Notes: generated from the letters alone by a model not told the origin. DNA of 64,000 nucleotides from Candidatus Yanofskybacteria bacterium (GCA_020852375.1 JADZAY010000009.1:12690-76689); one strand, 5' to 3'; positions 45,576 to 56,065 are shown, numbered from the stretch's first letter. A program made the numbers and translations.

Positions 45576-45663
45576 GGAATTATTGTAGCCCCGCGAACCC
45601 ATGTTCTCGGGACACTTCGCCAGCCAACTCCTTCATACATACAGAATAAGGAGTGGCGAAGTG
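45576..45663 (-). repeat. tRNA-trailer repeat family II, copy 3
   Basis: CACTTCGCCA...TGGCGAAGTG, a compensatory variant of the stem. Confidence 0.9.
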
Positions 45664-45788
45664 TGGGGGGAGCCTGGATTCACCCTCCGGTCAGGCCTGC
45701 GCCGTCGCTTGGCCTGCCTTCGGGCTCCGGCCCTCACGGTCGCGCCTGCTGGCGCGACATCGCTCCGGGCTTCGAATCCTATCACTCC
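45662..45788 (-). repeat. tRNA-tail Y-shaped element, Ile copy
   Basis: Inverted TAGGATTCGAA; right end GAATCCAGGCTCCCCCCAC; core closest to the Lys copy. Confidence 0.9.
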
Positions 45789-45838
45789 AACTACTACTTG
45801 AAACCGACCCGCCGCAGGGGCGGCTCGATTTCAAGATG

Positions 45839-45912
45839 TGGGGGAGCTAGGATTCGAACCTAGGACCACCAAGGTATAAGCTTGGCGCTCTAACCAGCTG
45901 AGCTACTCCCCC
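45839..45912 (-). tRNA. tRNA-Ile(UAU)
   Basis: CCAAG-CT-TAT-AC-CTTGG, A73. Confidence 0.88.
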
Positions 45913-46145
45913 TGAATCAATTGTAGTTTGTACGCTTTTCCCTGACGTTTGATCTGCTGCTCTCGCTTGGTTGCCGAACCGCGATCCGGATGTCGCTCAG
46001 TATACAGCAGGGTGAACGGGCCGCGCCCTCGGGTGTACTTTGCCCCCGTACCCGCTCGATGCTGTGCGATGCGCGCGGCGATGTCGGTCGTGATCCCGGT
46101 GTACAGCGTACCATCACCGCACTTCAGGATGTAGACGACGTACAT
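45903..46145 (-). CDS. GIY-YIG nuclease family protein (UPF0213-like)
   Basis: VYILKC.DGTLYTGIT...RIAQH..G.GAKYTRGR...KREQQIK. Confidence 0.93.
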   Translation of the reverse strand: MYVVYILKCGDGTLYTGITTDIAARIAQHRAGTGAKYTRGRGPFTLLYTERHPDRGSATKREQQIKRQGKAYKLQLIQGE

Positions 46146-46149
46146 GCGC

Positions 46150-47991
46150 TTACGCGGATGCCGGAGCTGGGGCCGGCATGCCTATGAGCGCATAGAACTG
46201 CTCCTGCTCCAGCGTCTCCGTGGTGATGAGCTCCTGCGCAACCTTCTTCAGGGTGTCCATGTGTTCGGTGATGACGCTTCGGGCGGTCGCTGCGGCTCGC
46301 TCGACGATCGCGCGAACTTCCGCATCGATCTGCTGGGCAACCTGCTCGCTGTAGGTTCGGTCATGCATCAACTCTCGGCCCAGGAAGATGCTCTCATGGC
46401 TCTCGCCATAGGCGAGCGGACCCATCGCATCGCTCATACCGTACTGCGTGACCATGCGGCGGGCAAGCTCGGATGCGACCTTCAGGTCGTTGCTTGCGCC
46501 GGTCGTAAGTTCGTCGTATACCAGGCGTTCCGCCGAATACCCTCCCATGAGCACTGCAAGCTCTGCTTCGAATTCGCTTTTCGTCTTGAGGTATTTGTCT
46601 TGGCTCGGAAGCTTGAGCGTATATCCGCCCGCGCGGCCGCGGGATATGATGCTTACCTTATGGACCGGATCGCTGTGCGGGAGATGTGCGGCCACGATAG
46701 CGTGTCCCGCTTCGTGATGGGCGGTGACCGCTTTTTCCTTCGCGGAGAGCACATGGCTTCGACGTTCAGGACCGAGCATAACCTTTTCGATCGACTCGAG
46801 GAGGTTGTCTTGGGTGATGGTCTTTTGTCCTTTCCGTGCCGCGAGGATAGCCGCTTCATTCAAGAGGTTTGCCAAGTCTGCGCCGGAGAATCCAGGGGTC
46901 CGCTCGGCGACGACCCGAAAGTTCACATTCTTTGCCACGGGCTTACCGACGGCGTGAACGGTGAGCACATCGATGCGGTCGTTGAGCGACGGCTCGTCCA
47001 AAATGATGCGGCGGTCGAAGCGGCCGGGACGCAGGAGTGCGGGATCAAGGATGTCGGGGCGATTGGTGGCGGCCATCACGATAACGGCATCGTTCGTATC
47101 AAACCCGTCCATCTCGACGAGAATCTGGTTGAGGGTTTGTTCGCGCTCATCATGGCCGCCGCCGATACCGGCGCCGCGCTGTCGTCCGACCGCGTCGATC
47201 TCATCGACAAACACGATCGCGGGAGCCGCCTGCTTCGCCGTTTCGAACGTGTCGCGGACGCGATTCGCGCCGACGCCCACGAACATCTCAACAAACTCCG
47301 AACCCGATACATAGAAGAAGGGAACGCGAGCTTCGTTGGCGACTGCCTTGGCGAGGAGGGTTTTTCCGGTGCCCGGTGATCCAACCAGGAGAATGCCGCG
47401 AGGAATGCGTGCGCCGAGGCGGTGGAATTTCGCAGGATCCTTCAGGAATTCGACGACTTCACTGACTTCCTCTTTTGCTTCGTGCAACCCGGCGACATCT
47501 CGAAACGTGATTTTGCGGTCGTCGGCGTTCATGCCGGCGAGCTTTGCGCGCGACTTTCCGAAACTGAACGCCTGCATGGATCCCTGACGTGCCTGGCGAT
47601 ACATGTACCAGAACATACCGAGCACCAAGAGGAACGGAAGCAGGAACGGAAGAACACTGCTCACGAGCACGGAAGCTCCCGACGGGTCTTTCACTTCGAT
47701 CGTGGTTGCGGCGATCTTCTCTTCGGGGACACCCGTATTTGCGAGCGTCTCGAAGATCGAAACGCCCGGCTCTTTCTGTGCCGTGAATGCCGCGCCGTCG
47801 CCGGCGGTCGCCGACACGGTTTCGCCGCGGACCGTGATGGTCTTGATGGCGCCATCCCGCACTTTCGCGGCGAGTTCGCTGATGGCGATGTCGGTCGGGC
47901 GCGGACCATTGTCGGCGAATAGCGACACCGCGAACGCGAGGCTAATAAGGAGGGCGAAGACGAGTGTGGTTGAGCGAAGAATGTGGCGCAT
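46150..47991 (-). CDS. ftsH: ATP-dependent zinc metalloprotease FtsH
   Basis: Two TMs, [24 protein letters not shown]. Confidence 0.97.
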   Translation of the reverse strand: MRHILRSTTLVFALLISLAFAVSLFADNGPRPTDIAISELAAKVRDGAIKTITVRGETVSATAGDGAAFTAQKEPGVSIFETLANTGVPEEKIAATTIEVKDPSGASVLVSSVLPFLLPFLLVLGMFWYMYRQARQGSMQAFSFGKSRAKLAGMNADDRKITFRDVAGLHEAKEEVSEVVEFLKDPAKFHRLGARIPRGILLVGSPGTGKTLLAKAVANEARVPFFYVSGSEFVEMFVGVGANRVRDTFETAKQAAPAIVFVDEIDAVGRQRGAGIGGGHDEREQTLNQILVEMDGFDTNDAVIVMAATNRPDILDPALLRPGRFDRRIILDEPSLNDRIDVLTVHAVGKPVAKNVNFRVVAERTPGFSGADLANLLNEAAILAARKGQKTITQDNLLESIEKVMLGPERRSHVLSAKEKAVTAHHEAGHAIVAAHLPHSDPVHKVSIISRGRAGGYTLKLPSQDKYLKTKSEFEAELAVLMGGYSAERLVYDELTTGASNDLKVASELARRMVTQYGMSDAMGPLAYGESHESIFLGRELMHDRTYSEQVAQQIDAEVRAIVERAAATARSVITEHMDTLKKVAQELITTETLEQEQFYALIGMPAPAPASA

Positions 47992-48115
47992 ACGTAGCAT
48001 GCAATGTACCACGAAAATGGGCACCGGGCAACTGCGCGATCATTGACAGAATGCAGGATTCACGATACTTTCGCGCGGTACGTCCGCTGTTTCACAATCA
48101 ATCCGAGGAGGCTTG

Positions 48116-49396
48116 ATGTCAGCGGTTTCCTTCGAGTCGTGGGGGAGTGCGGACACTATCGGTCCGAGCTGTCAGACGCTTCGGTTTGGTGATTTCCGAG
48201 TCGGTGTCGATTTCGGTGCCGCCGTGAAGGGAGAGCAACGAGCGCCTATCATCAATGGGAGGCTCGACGCGCTGTTCGTGACGCATGGTCACATGGATCA
48301 CCACGGGATGGTTCCCTGTGCGCTTCGCGAGTGGCCAAACCTGCGCGTATGGGCGACCTTCGAAACGAAGCGGTTCATGGCATGGGCCTGGGATGACCAA
48401 CTTCGCATCTGTGCGACCGACGGCAAGGAGCCGCCGTTCACGCGAGCCGAGGCGGATCTCGCCCTCCGTCGAACGCGGGCGATGTCCGTTGGAACAACGA
48501 TCCAGCTCGCGGAAGACCTGACGGTAACCCCGTATTATGCGGGGCACATCCTTGGAGCGGTCTCACTCTTGTTCTGCTACCGCGGCGAATACATCTTCGT
48601 GACCGGTGACATCGGCCTTCTGGATCACTGGTTTGTTCCGAGGGCCCAGCCGCCCACACTCGATCGCTGCGCGCTCCTTGTGCGCGAGTCCACCTACGCG
48701 GGGCTGCGGTGGGAGCAGGCTCGCGACGAGATCGAAGACGACCTTGTCGGGTCCATTCTGGAGGTGCTCTGCGGTGGTGGGCGTGTTGTCATTCCGACGC
48801 TTGCCATAGATCGCATGCCGAACATCTGCCAGATTCTCCGGCAGTCCTGCATTGGCAAAGACTGGCCTGTGTGGGTGACCGGCGGCGTCGAGCCGACGAA
48901 CATCTACGCGCGGCTTGCCCCAGAGGCGGCTTGGCTCGGAACGGTGAATCGGTTTAGGTCGTCGTGGCACGAACGAGAGGTGATGTGGTCCGGAAAGCCG
49001 CTCGTCGTCATCGCCAGCTCGGGGATGGTGATGCCGCACACGCCGTCGCATCGATGGGTCACGAGCGTTATCCAAGATCTGCGGAGCGCTATCTTCATGG
49101 TGAACTACCAAGATCCGACGGCACCGGGCGGCCTCATTCTCAAGAGTAAGCTCGGGGAACGGATCGAGCTTGAGCCGGGGTCCGGCCGCACGCGCCAGCG
49201 CCTCTGTGCGGTTCGGCGATTCGATCTCTCGACGCACGCGAAAGAAGATGAGATGGCCGAGCTCGAGCGTATGCTCAATCCCGACCTCATTGCCCATGTG
49301 CATGGAGAAGGCGACCGCATCCAAGCGTTCATCGATGCGCAGACGAGCGGTCCCCAGCGCGTCCGCACGCGCGTTGGCCAAGAGATCAAGCTCTGA
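48116..49396 (+). CDS. MBL-fold beta-CASP nuclease
   Basis: THGHMDH, AGHILG, TGD, ESTY, STHA, VHGE; GAGGAGG RBS. Confidence 0.9.
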   Translation: MSAVSFESWGSADTIGPSCQTLRFGDFRVGVDFGAAVKGEQRAPIINGRLDALFVTHGHMDHHGMVPCALREWPNLRVWATFETKRFMAWAWDDQLRICATDGKEPPFTRAEADLALRRTRAMSVGTTIQLAEDLTVTPYYAGHILGAVSLLFCYRGEYIFVTGDIGLLDHWFVPRAQPPTLDRCALLVRESTYAGLRWEQARDEIEDDLVGSILEVLCGGGRVVIPTLAIDRMPNICQILRQSCIGKDWPVWVTGGVEPTNIYARLAPEAAWLGTVNRFRSSWHEREVMWSGKPLVVIASSGMVMPHTPSHRWVTSVIQDLRSAIFMVNYQDPTAPGGLILKSKLGERIELEPGSGRTRQRLCAVRRFDLSTHAKEDEMAELERMLNPDLIAHVHGEGDRIQAFIDAQTSGPQRVRTRVGQEIKL

Positions 49397-49453
49397 ACGG
49401 ACACCGCCCTCTCCAGTGGAGAGGGCGGTTTTTCATATTCTCGGAAGCGCTGG

Positions 49454-50530
49454 CTACGCCTTCTGCTCGAGCGTCAGAATCAGCTTGTGGTCCTTCGGAT
49501 CGATGCTGACGATGGCGAACGTGTATACGGTGCCGACCGTGACGACATCCGCAGCCGGACGACCACCGAACTCTGCCGTTGGGAGAAGTCCGACGATGTC
49601 GTCGTTGAGTTGGACGAATGCGCCGTTCGAGCGGATCTTGATGACGGTTCCCTTGACCTTCTGGCCGACCGAGAAGGTCTCGTTGACCGTAAGCCACGGG
49701 TCGGGGCGGAGCGCCTTCAGCGACAGCGCTACGCGGCCACCGTCGAGAGAGATGACCTTGGCGGTCACAGTGTCCCCGCTGTGGAGGATCTGCCGAGGAT
49801 CTTCGACGAACTTCCAGTCGATCTCGCTCGAGTGGATAAGGCCATCGAGATTCTCCGACAATCGGACGAATGCGCCGAAGTCGGTCACCTCGGTGATGAC
49901 GCCCTCGACCGTTTCTCCGACGGTAAGCTTCGCAAGCTCACCCTTCGCGGCTTCCTCCTGGATCGCGCGCTCGGAGACGATAAGCTTGCCTTCTTGTTCG
50001 TTGTAGTCGAGCACCTTCACCTTGAAGGCCTGCCCCTTGAACTTCTGGAGCGCCTGGACGATCTTCGTGGTGTCGCCGCCCTCAACCTTCGGGTAGTGCT
50101 CGCTGGAGAGCTGGGAGAGCGGGAGGAATCCCTGCACGCCCTCGACCTGCACGATGAGGCCGCCTTTGTTGATGTTCTGAATGATGGTCGTGAGCACTGA
50201 GCTGGTGTCGCGGAGTTCCTTGATACGCTGCCACGCGGTGGTCAGCTGAGCCGCCTTCAAGGAGAGCTCGCGATAACCGTCTTCATTCTCGAGCTCAAGA
50301 AGCACTGCGGTCACTTCCTCACCCGGCTTCAATGCGCGGACTCGGTCCGGATTGTCGTAGAACTGGCCAGGGTACACGATGCCGATACCGGCAGAGCCAA
50401 GGTCAAGCATGACATTGGACTTCGACACGCTGATGACCCGCCCGGTGAGAATCTGCCCTGCACGGGGGAGCTGGAACTCCTCTTTTGCGAGGAGGTCCTT
50501 CATGGTTTTCGCTGGAGATGCGGTTGCCAT
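49454..50530 (-). CDS. rpsA: 30S ribosomal protein S1 (four S1 domains)
   Basis: NKGGLIV, GFLPLSQL, FGAFV, GLIHSSEI, NGAFV. Confidence 0.92.
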   Translation of the reverse strand: MATASPAKTMKDLLAKEEFQLPRAGQILTGRVISVSKSNVMLDLGSAGIGIVYPGQFYDNPDRVRALKPGEEVTAVLLELENEDGYRELSLKAAQLTTAWQRIKELRDTSSVLTTIIQNINKGGLIVQVEGVQGFLPLSQLSSEHYPKVEGGDTTKIVQALQKFKGQAFKVKVLDYNEQEGKLIVSERAIQEEAAKGELAKLTVGETVEGVITEVTDFGAFVRLSENLDGLIHSSEIDWKFVEDPRQILHSGDTVTAKVISLDGGRVALSLKALRPDPWLTVNETFSVGQKVKGTVIKIRSNGAFVQLNDDIVGLLPTAEFGGRPAADVVTVGTVYTFAIVSIDPKDHKLILTLEQKA

Positions 50531-50650
50531 AGCAATAAAAATGTCTCTCCGTCGCACTTTGGCGACCCTTGAGACTGGACTCTACTATACCTGAGGCGAC
50601 CGGGAAAATCAAGGCTTGAAAGAAGCCATTTTTCGGGTATCATAGAGGGG

Positions 50651-51289
50651 ATGAATATCTCCTGGTACGGGCATCGATGCATCCGAATCGAGTGCAAAGA
50701 GGGCACAGTGCTCATTGATCCGTTCGACCCAAAAAAGGTCGGGCTTCGCGGCCCCAATGTGGGCGACGATCTTGTGCTTATCAGTGAAGCCGACCCGGGC
50801 TCTGCCGTTCTCGAGCGCATCGGGGACGCCTCGTTCGTGGTTCGAGGCCCCGGGGAATATGAACGAAAAGGGATCGCAGTGCGAGGCCTACAGGCGTGGC
50901 AGGATACCCAGAAGGGGCACGAGCTCGGGCTGTGCACGATCTATAGCATCGTGGCGGAAGACATTTCCGTGTGCCATCTCGGTGCGATCGGCCAGGATAA
51001 GCTTACCAGCGAGCAGCTCGAAGCGATTGGAGACCCTGACATCCTCATTGTGCCCGTGGGTGTGCAGAGCGCGTTCGACGTGAAGGCGGCAGCGGCGCTG
51101 GTGACCGATGTCGAACCGAAGATCGTTATCCCTATTCAGTTCTCGTTGCCGAACGCATCGTATGAAGCGGCCGCACTCGAGAAGTTCGTCAAAGAGATCG
51201 GATTACAGCCTGAGCGAGTAGATACCTTCCGCGTCGCGAAGAAGCAGCTTCCAGTCGATCGAACTCAACTTGTTGTGCTTGAAGCATAG
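50651..51289 (+). CDS. MBL-fold protein lacking metal ligands
   Basis: ISWYGH, LIDPF, GPGEYE, EPKIVIP; no HxHxDH. Confidence 0.8.
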   Translation: MNISWYGHRCIRIECKEGTVLIDPFDPKKVGLRGPNVGDDLVLISEADPGSAVLERIGDASFVVRGPGEYERKGIAVRGLQAWQDTQKGHELGLCTIYSIVAEDISVCHLGAIGQDKLTSEQLEAIGDPDILIVPVGVQSAFDVKAAAALVTDVEPKIVIPIQFSLPNASYEAAALEKFVKEIGLQPERVDTFRVAKKQLPVDRTQLVVLEA

Positions 51290-51293
51290 TTCC

Positions 51294-51638
51294 ATGTCGT
51301 TGATCCACGAGATACACGCGCAGAAGCCGGCGGTCCGATACACACTGTTCGGGCTCTCGCTGCTCATCGCACTGTCGCTGGTCGGCATATTCGGGCTCTC
51401 GGCGTTGCAGCGGCAGGCGTACCTGGCGCTGCATACTGACCCGGGAGATCAGCAGGCATATGACGAAGCGGTCGCGGCGCGTCGTCCGAAGCCGATTGCG
51501 GCATTCGTTCGGGCCGCGTCGTCGCTGACGGCGAGCATCGGTTCGGTGTTCGGATGGAAATCCGATGCTGGCTTTGACACTGGCGGGCGACTCGGTAATG
51601 ATCAGGGCGGCGTGCATCCGCTTCCGCTTTCGGAGTAG
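51294..51638 (+). CDS. Hypothetical single-TM protein
   Basis: ORF fills the gap before gyrA; hydrophobic segment. Confidence 0.7.
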   Translation: MSLIHEIHAQKPAVRYTLFGLSLLIALSLVGIFGLSALQRQAYLALHTDPGDQQAYDEAVAARRPKPIAAFVRAASSLTASIGSVFGWKSDAGFDTGGRLGNDQGGVHPLPLSE

Positions 51639-51658
51639 GGCATTTTTCATGTTGTAGC

Positions 51659-54124
51659 ATGGCGACAAAATCAAAACCTTCCACAACCGAATCGCTTCCG
51701 CAGGTGGCGCCTCGGCGCGAGATCACCGAAGAGATCCAAAAGTCCTATCTCGAATACGCCATGAGCGTGATCATGGCGCGTGCGCTGCCGGATGTGCGCG
51801 ACGGACTCAAGCCGGTCAATCGCCGCATCCTGTACGTCATGCACAAGCTGGGCCTGACGTTCGGCGCAAAGCTCCGCAAGTCCGCCGCAGTGGTCGGTGA
51901 TGTGCTGGGCAATTATCATCCGCATGGCGACACGGCCGTATACGACGCCATGGTGCGCATGGCGCAGGACTTTTCGATGCGATACCCCCTCGTGCACGGA
52001 CAGGGGAACTTCGGTTCGGTCGACGGCGACAGTCCTGCGGCGATGCGGTACACGGAAGCGAAGATGGCGCGCATTACCGATGAGGTGCTTGCCGACATTG
52101 AAAAGGATACGGTCGAATTCCGGCCGAACTACGATGGCACCAAGCAGGAGCCCGCGGTGCTTCCTACGCGCATTCCGAACCTGCTGGTGAACGGGACCAC
52201 GGGCATCGCGGTCGGTATGGCGACGAACATCCCCCCGCACAATCTGGGGGAGGTGCTGGATGGTCTTATTCATCTGATCGAAGAGCCTGATGCCGACGTG
52301 AAAGACCTCATGCAGTATGTGAAGGGCCCTGACTTTCCGACGGGCGGCTCGATCTTCAACGAGAAGGATATTCTGAATGCATACGCGACCGGGCGCGGTC
52401 CGGTTGTCATGCGCGGCACCGCCGAGATCCTCGAAGGAAAGCGGGGGCAGCAAATCGTTATCACCGAGATCCCGTATCAGGTGAACAAGGCGGAGCTCAT
52501 CGTGAAGATCGCTGACCTGGTCAAAGAGAAGCGCATCGATGGTATTCGGGACATTCGCGACGAATCGGACCGGCAGGGCATGCGCATCGTCATCGAGCTC
52601 AAGCAGGATGCGTTCCCAAAGAAGGTGTTGAACGCGCTCTACAAGATGACCGAGCTGCAGAAGACCTTCCACTTCAATATGATCGCGCTGGTGGACGGCA
52701 TTCAGCCGCAGATCCTCGGCTTGAAGACGATCCTGGAGAAGTTCGTTGAGCACCGCCAAGTCGTCGTCCGTCGTCGCAGCATGTACGAGCTCGAGCGGGC
52801 TCTGGAGCGCGCACATATCCTGGAGGGGCTCTCGAAGGCGCTCGATCACATTGACGAGATCATCAAGACGATTAAGCAGTCGCCGACTCGCGAGGAAGCG
52901 TTTACGAACTTGATGAAGAAGTTCAAGTTCTCGGATCGGCAGGCGAACGCCATCCTTGAGATGCGACTCCAGTCGCTTGCCGGCCTTGAACGCAAGAAGA
53001 TCGAGGACGAATTGGAAGAGAAGCGCGCGTTGATCGCCGAACTCGAGGAGCTTCTCAAGTCCGCGAAGAAGCTGCTTGGCGTGGTGAAAAAAGAGTTCAC
53101 CGAGCTTCGCGAGCGCTATGCGGACGAGCGGCGAACGCGTGTCGTAAAGACCGCGTTGCGCGAGATCGGGGACGAAGAGCTGGTTCCCGAAGAGGATGCG
53201 CTCTTCATGATCACGCTCGGCGGCTATATCAAACGGCTACCGCCCGACGAGCTGCGCGCGCAGAAGCGCGGCGGAAAGGGCGTCGGCGGCATGGCGACGA
53301 AAGAAGAGGATGTCATCAACCACTTCTTCCTTGCGAACACGCACGACAACATTCTCTTCTTCACGAACTCGGGCAAGGTGTTTCAGATCAGGGGATACGA
53401 GGTGCCTGAGGCGAGTCGACAGAGCAAAGGACGAGCGATCACGAACTTCCTCCAGGTCACCGCAAACGACAGCATCACCGCGGTGGTGCCGCTCCCCAAA
53501 GAGAAGGAGCAGAAGGGGCGGTTTCTGTTCATGGCGACCACGAACGGCATCATCAAGAAGGTTGCCATGGATGCGTTCGCGAACGTTCGGAAGAACGGAT
53601 TGCTCGCTATCAACCTGAAAGGCGGAGATCGCTTGGGTTGGGTATTCGGAACCTCGGGTGACGACCAGGTGGTCATGACGACCGCATCAGGTTCCGCGAT
53701 CCGCTTCAGCGAGGCGGATGTGCGCCCGATGGGGCGGGCTGCCGCCGGGGTCATGGGCATGCGCCTCGAGGCAGGAGATCGGGTGGTGGGCGCCGATGTT
53801 ATTCGCGCAGGAACCGAGAAGGGCCTTACGCTCATGGCGCTCATGGCGAATGGATACGGCAAACGGACCCAGCTCAAGGAATATAAGCTCCAGCATCGCG
53901 GCGGTGTCGGTATTTTGACCGCGAATATCACCTCGAAGACAGGACAATTGGTGTCCGCACATGTAACGGGCGAGGAGAACGAAGAGCTCATCGCCGTGTC
54001 CAAGAAGGGCCAGGTCATTCGGACATCCATTAAGGAGGTTCCCATTCTCGGCCGCGCCACGCAGGGTGTTCGCATCATGCGTCTCGACTCCGGAGACCAC
54101 ATCGCCTCCGTGGTGCTCTTCTAG
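51659..54124 (+). CDS. gyrA: DNA gyrase subunit A
   Basis: [24 protein letters not shown], GyrA-box QKRGGKG. Confidence 0.98.
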   Translation: MATKSKPSTTESLPQVAPRREITEEIQKSYLEYAMSVIMARALPDVRDGLKPVNRRILYVMHKLGLTFGAKLRKSAAVVGDVLGNYHPHGDTAVYDAMVRMAQDFSMRYPLVHGQGNFGSVDGDSPAAMRYTEAKMARITDEVLADIEKDTVEFRPNYDGTKQEPAVLPTRIPNLLVNGTTGIAVGMATNIPPHNLGEVLDGLIHLIEEPDADVKDLMQYVKGPDFPTGGSIFNEKDILNAYATGRGPVVMRGTAEILEGKRGQQIVITEIPYQVNKAELIVKIADLVKEKRIDGIRDIRDESDRQGMRIVIELKQDAFPKKVLNALYKMTELQKTFHFNMIALVDGIQPQILGLKTILEKFVEHRQVVVRRRSMYELERALERAHILEGLSKALDHIDEIIKTIKQSPTREEAFTNLMKKFKFSDRQANAILEMRLQSLAGLERKKIEDELEEKRALIAELEELLKSAKKLLGVVKKEFTELRERYADERRTRVVKTALREIGDEELVPEEDALFMITLGGYIKRLPPDELRAQKRGGKGVGGMATKEEDVINHFFLANTHDNILFFTNSGKVFQIRGYEVPEASRQSKGRAITNFLQVTANDSITAVVPLPKEKEQKGRFLFMATTNGIIKKVAMDAFANVRKNGLLAINLKGGDRLGWVFGTSGDDQVVMTTASGSAIRFSEADVRPMGRAAAGVMGMRLEAGDRVVGADVIRAGTEKGLTLMALMANGYGKRTQLKEYKLQHRGGVGILTANITSKTGQLVSAHVTGEENEELIAVSKKGQVIRTSIKEVPILGRATQGVRIMRLDSGDHIASVVLF

Positions 54125-54181
54125 TAGCCCGTTTTCCACTCGAGCGCACCACGCCGAGCGGCGGTGTGCTAAAATAGGGGC

Positions 54182-54730
54182 ATGACGAACCTTCCCGGAC
54201 CTGGGGCGTTTCTTGATACGCGACGCATCGTTGCGTCGCTTGGTTCTCTGACTGGATCCCGTATTGCTGACCTCGGGTGCGGCTCCGGATACTTTACGAT
54301 TGATCTTGCGCGGGCTGTCGGCAAGGACGGCGTCGTTACCGCGGTCGATGTCATGGAAGAGCCCCTCCAGGCGGTGCAGGCGAAGGCGTCTGCTGCTGGG
54401 CTTAAGAATGTCCGGCCTGTTCGTGCAGACCTCGAAGTGCTCGGAGGTACGAAGATCCCGGACGGCAGTCAGGACATGGTGCTGGTTGCGAACGTCTTGT
54501 TTCAGTCACAGAAGAAAGAGGCGATCCTCGCCGAAGCGGTGCGGATGCTGAAGTCCGGTGGGCGGCTACTGGTTATCGATTGGAAGCGGGGTGCCAGAGG
54601 GTTCGGCCCTCCCGAACAACTCCGGACTGATGAAGCCACCATGCAGGGACTTGTTGTTGCGGCCGGAGCCCGATTCGAGCGCGCGGTTGATGCGGGATCG
54701 TTTTATTACGGACTTCTTTTCATCAAATGA
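54182..54730 (+). CDS. Class I SAM-dependent methyltransferase
   Basis: ADLGCGSGYF, LKSGGRLLVIDW. Confidence 0.9.
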   Translation: MTNLPGPGAFLDTRRIVASLGSLTGSRIADLGCGSGYFTIDLARAVGKDGVVTAVDVMEEPLQAVQAKASAAGLKNVRPVRADLEVLGGTKIPDGSQDMVLVANVLFQSQKKEAILAEAVRMLKSGGRLLVIDWKRGARGFGPPEQLRTDEATMQGLVVAAGARFERAVDAGSFYYGLLFIK

Positions 54731-56058
54731 ACATCTCCTCATTCGTTACCGATTCGCGGAAGCTCACCTATGTCCTCGGGGGAGCCATTGCTTTCATGGT
54801 ATTCATCGCGTTCATTTTCATCCTCCGGAATGTTGGCGGACAGCAGACCGGCGGTGATGTAACGCTGAAGGTGTGGGGCGTGTTCGACGATCGGGCGGTG
54901 TTCAGCGCCGCGTTCAAGGCATTTGAGACCGCCAACAAGGGAGTGCACATCGACTATCAGGTGTTCCCGCCGCAGGAATATGAGGCTGCGGTCATCAACG
55001 CCCTTGCCGCAGGACGGGGGCCGGATGTCTGGATGATGCATCACACATGGCTCCCCAAGCATATCGACAAGATACAGCCCATGCCTGAACGGCTGACGGG
55101 TGACAAAGAGCCGCTCATGACCATCAAGCAGTTCAAGGATCTGTTCGTGGATGTCGCCGCATATGATCTCGTGAACAACGGAAAGATCTATGGGCTGCCG
55201 CTCTATGTCGATACGCTTGCGCTGTACTACAACAAAGACATGTTCTCGAGCGCCGGCATCGCACAACCGCCGCGCACGTGGAACGACTTCATGGATGATG
55301 TGAAGAAGATCACGCAGTATGATGCGAATCGCAATATCACGCGGTTGGGTGCTGCAATGGGCTCGGCAAGGAACATCAACCGCTCTACGGATATCCTCAT
55401 GATGCTCATGCTCCAGTCGGGCGTGCAGATGACGAATGCCGATGGGACCCAAGCCACGTTCTCTCGTTCGGTTGATGGGCAGAATGTCGGCGAGCGCGCG
55501 CTTATGTTCTACACGGACTTCACGAATCCGCAGAAAGAGGTCTATACCTGGAACGATGCGATGGATTACTCCATCGATGCATTTGCTGAGGGGTCAACGG
55601 CGATGATGATCAACTATGCTCACCAGGTTTCCGTTATTCGCAGTAAGGCGCCGCGCCTGAACTGGGCCGTTGCCGCGGTTCCGCAGGCGAGTACGGTGGA
55701 TGCCCGAACCTACGCCAACTATTGGCCACTGGTCGTTTCGCTGAAATCGGAGCATCCCGAGACTGCATGGCGATTGGTGCATTACCTTGCTGCCGGAGAG
55801 GGAACCGTTCCCTACCTGAACGCGGCGAATCGTCCGTCGGCGCGGCGCGATCTCATCGAACAACAGAAGAGCGACCCCGATCTTGGCGTGTTTGCGTTGC
55901 AGGCTCTGACGGCACGTTCCTGGCTCCAAGCGAACAATCAGACCATTGAGACTATTTTTGCCGACATGATCGACGCGGTGAATCTTGGGCGGCAATCCAT
56001 TACGAATGCGCTTCGAGATGCGGAGACAAAGGTGTCGGTGCTCATGAGCGGCCGGTGA
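54727..56058 (+). CDS. Membrane-anchored extracellular solute-binding protein (sugar-type family 1)
   Basis: GRGPDVW, IYGLP...LYYNKDMF...PRTW. Confidence 0.88.
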   Translation: MNISSFVTDSRKLTYVLGGAIAFMVFIAFIFILRNVGGQQTGGDVTLKVWGVFDDRAVFSAAFKAFETANKGVHIDYQVFPPQEYEAAVINALAAGRGPDVWMMHHTWLPKHIDKIQPMPERLTGDKEPLMTIKQFKDLFVDVAAYDLVNNGKIYGLPLYVDTLALYYNKDMFSSAGIAQPPRTWNDFMDDVKKITQYDANRNITRLGAAMGSARNINRSTDILMMLMLQSGVQMTNADGTQATFSRSVDGQNVGERALMFYTDFTNPQKEVYTWNDAMDYSIDAFAEGSTAMMINYAHQVSVIRSKAPRLNWAVAAVPQASTVDARTYANYWPLVVSLKSEHPETAWRLVHYLAAGEGTVPYLNAANRPSARRDLIEQQKSDPDLGVFALQALTARSWLQANNQTIETIFADMIDAVNLGRQSITNALRDAETKVSVLMSGR

Positions 56059-56065
56059 TACCACG

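Noticed and set aside
51659-54124. Thr at the Ser83-equivalent QRDR position of GyrA
   Set aside because: Natural wild-type variant in many bacteria; not evidence of resistance
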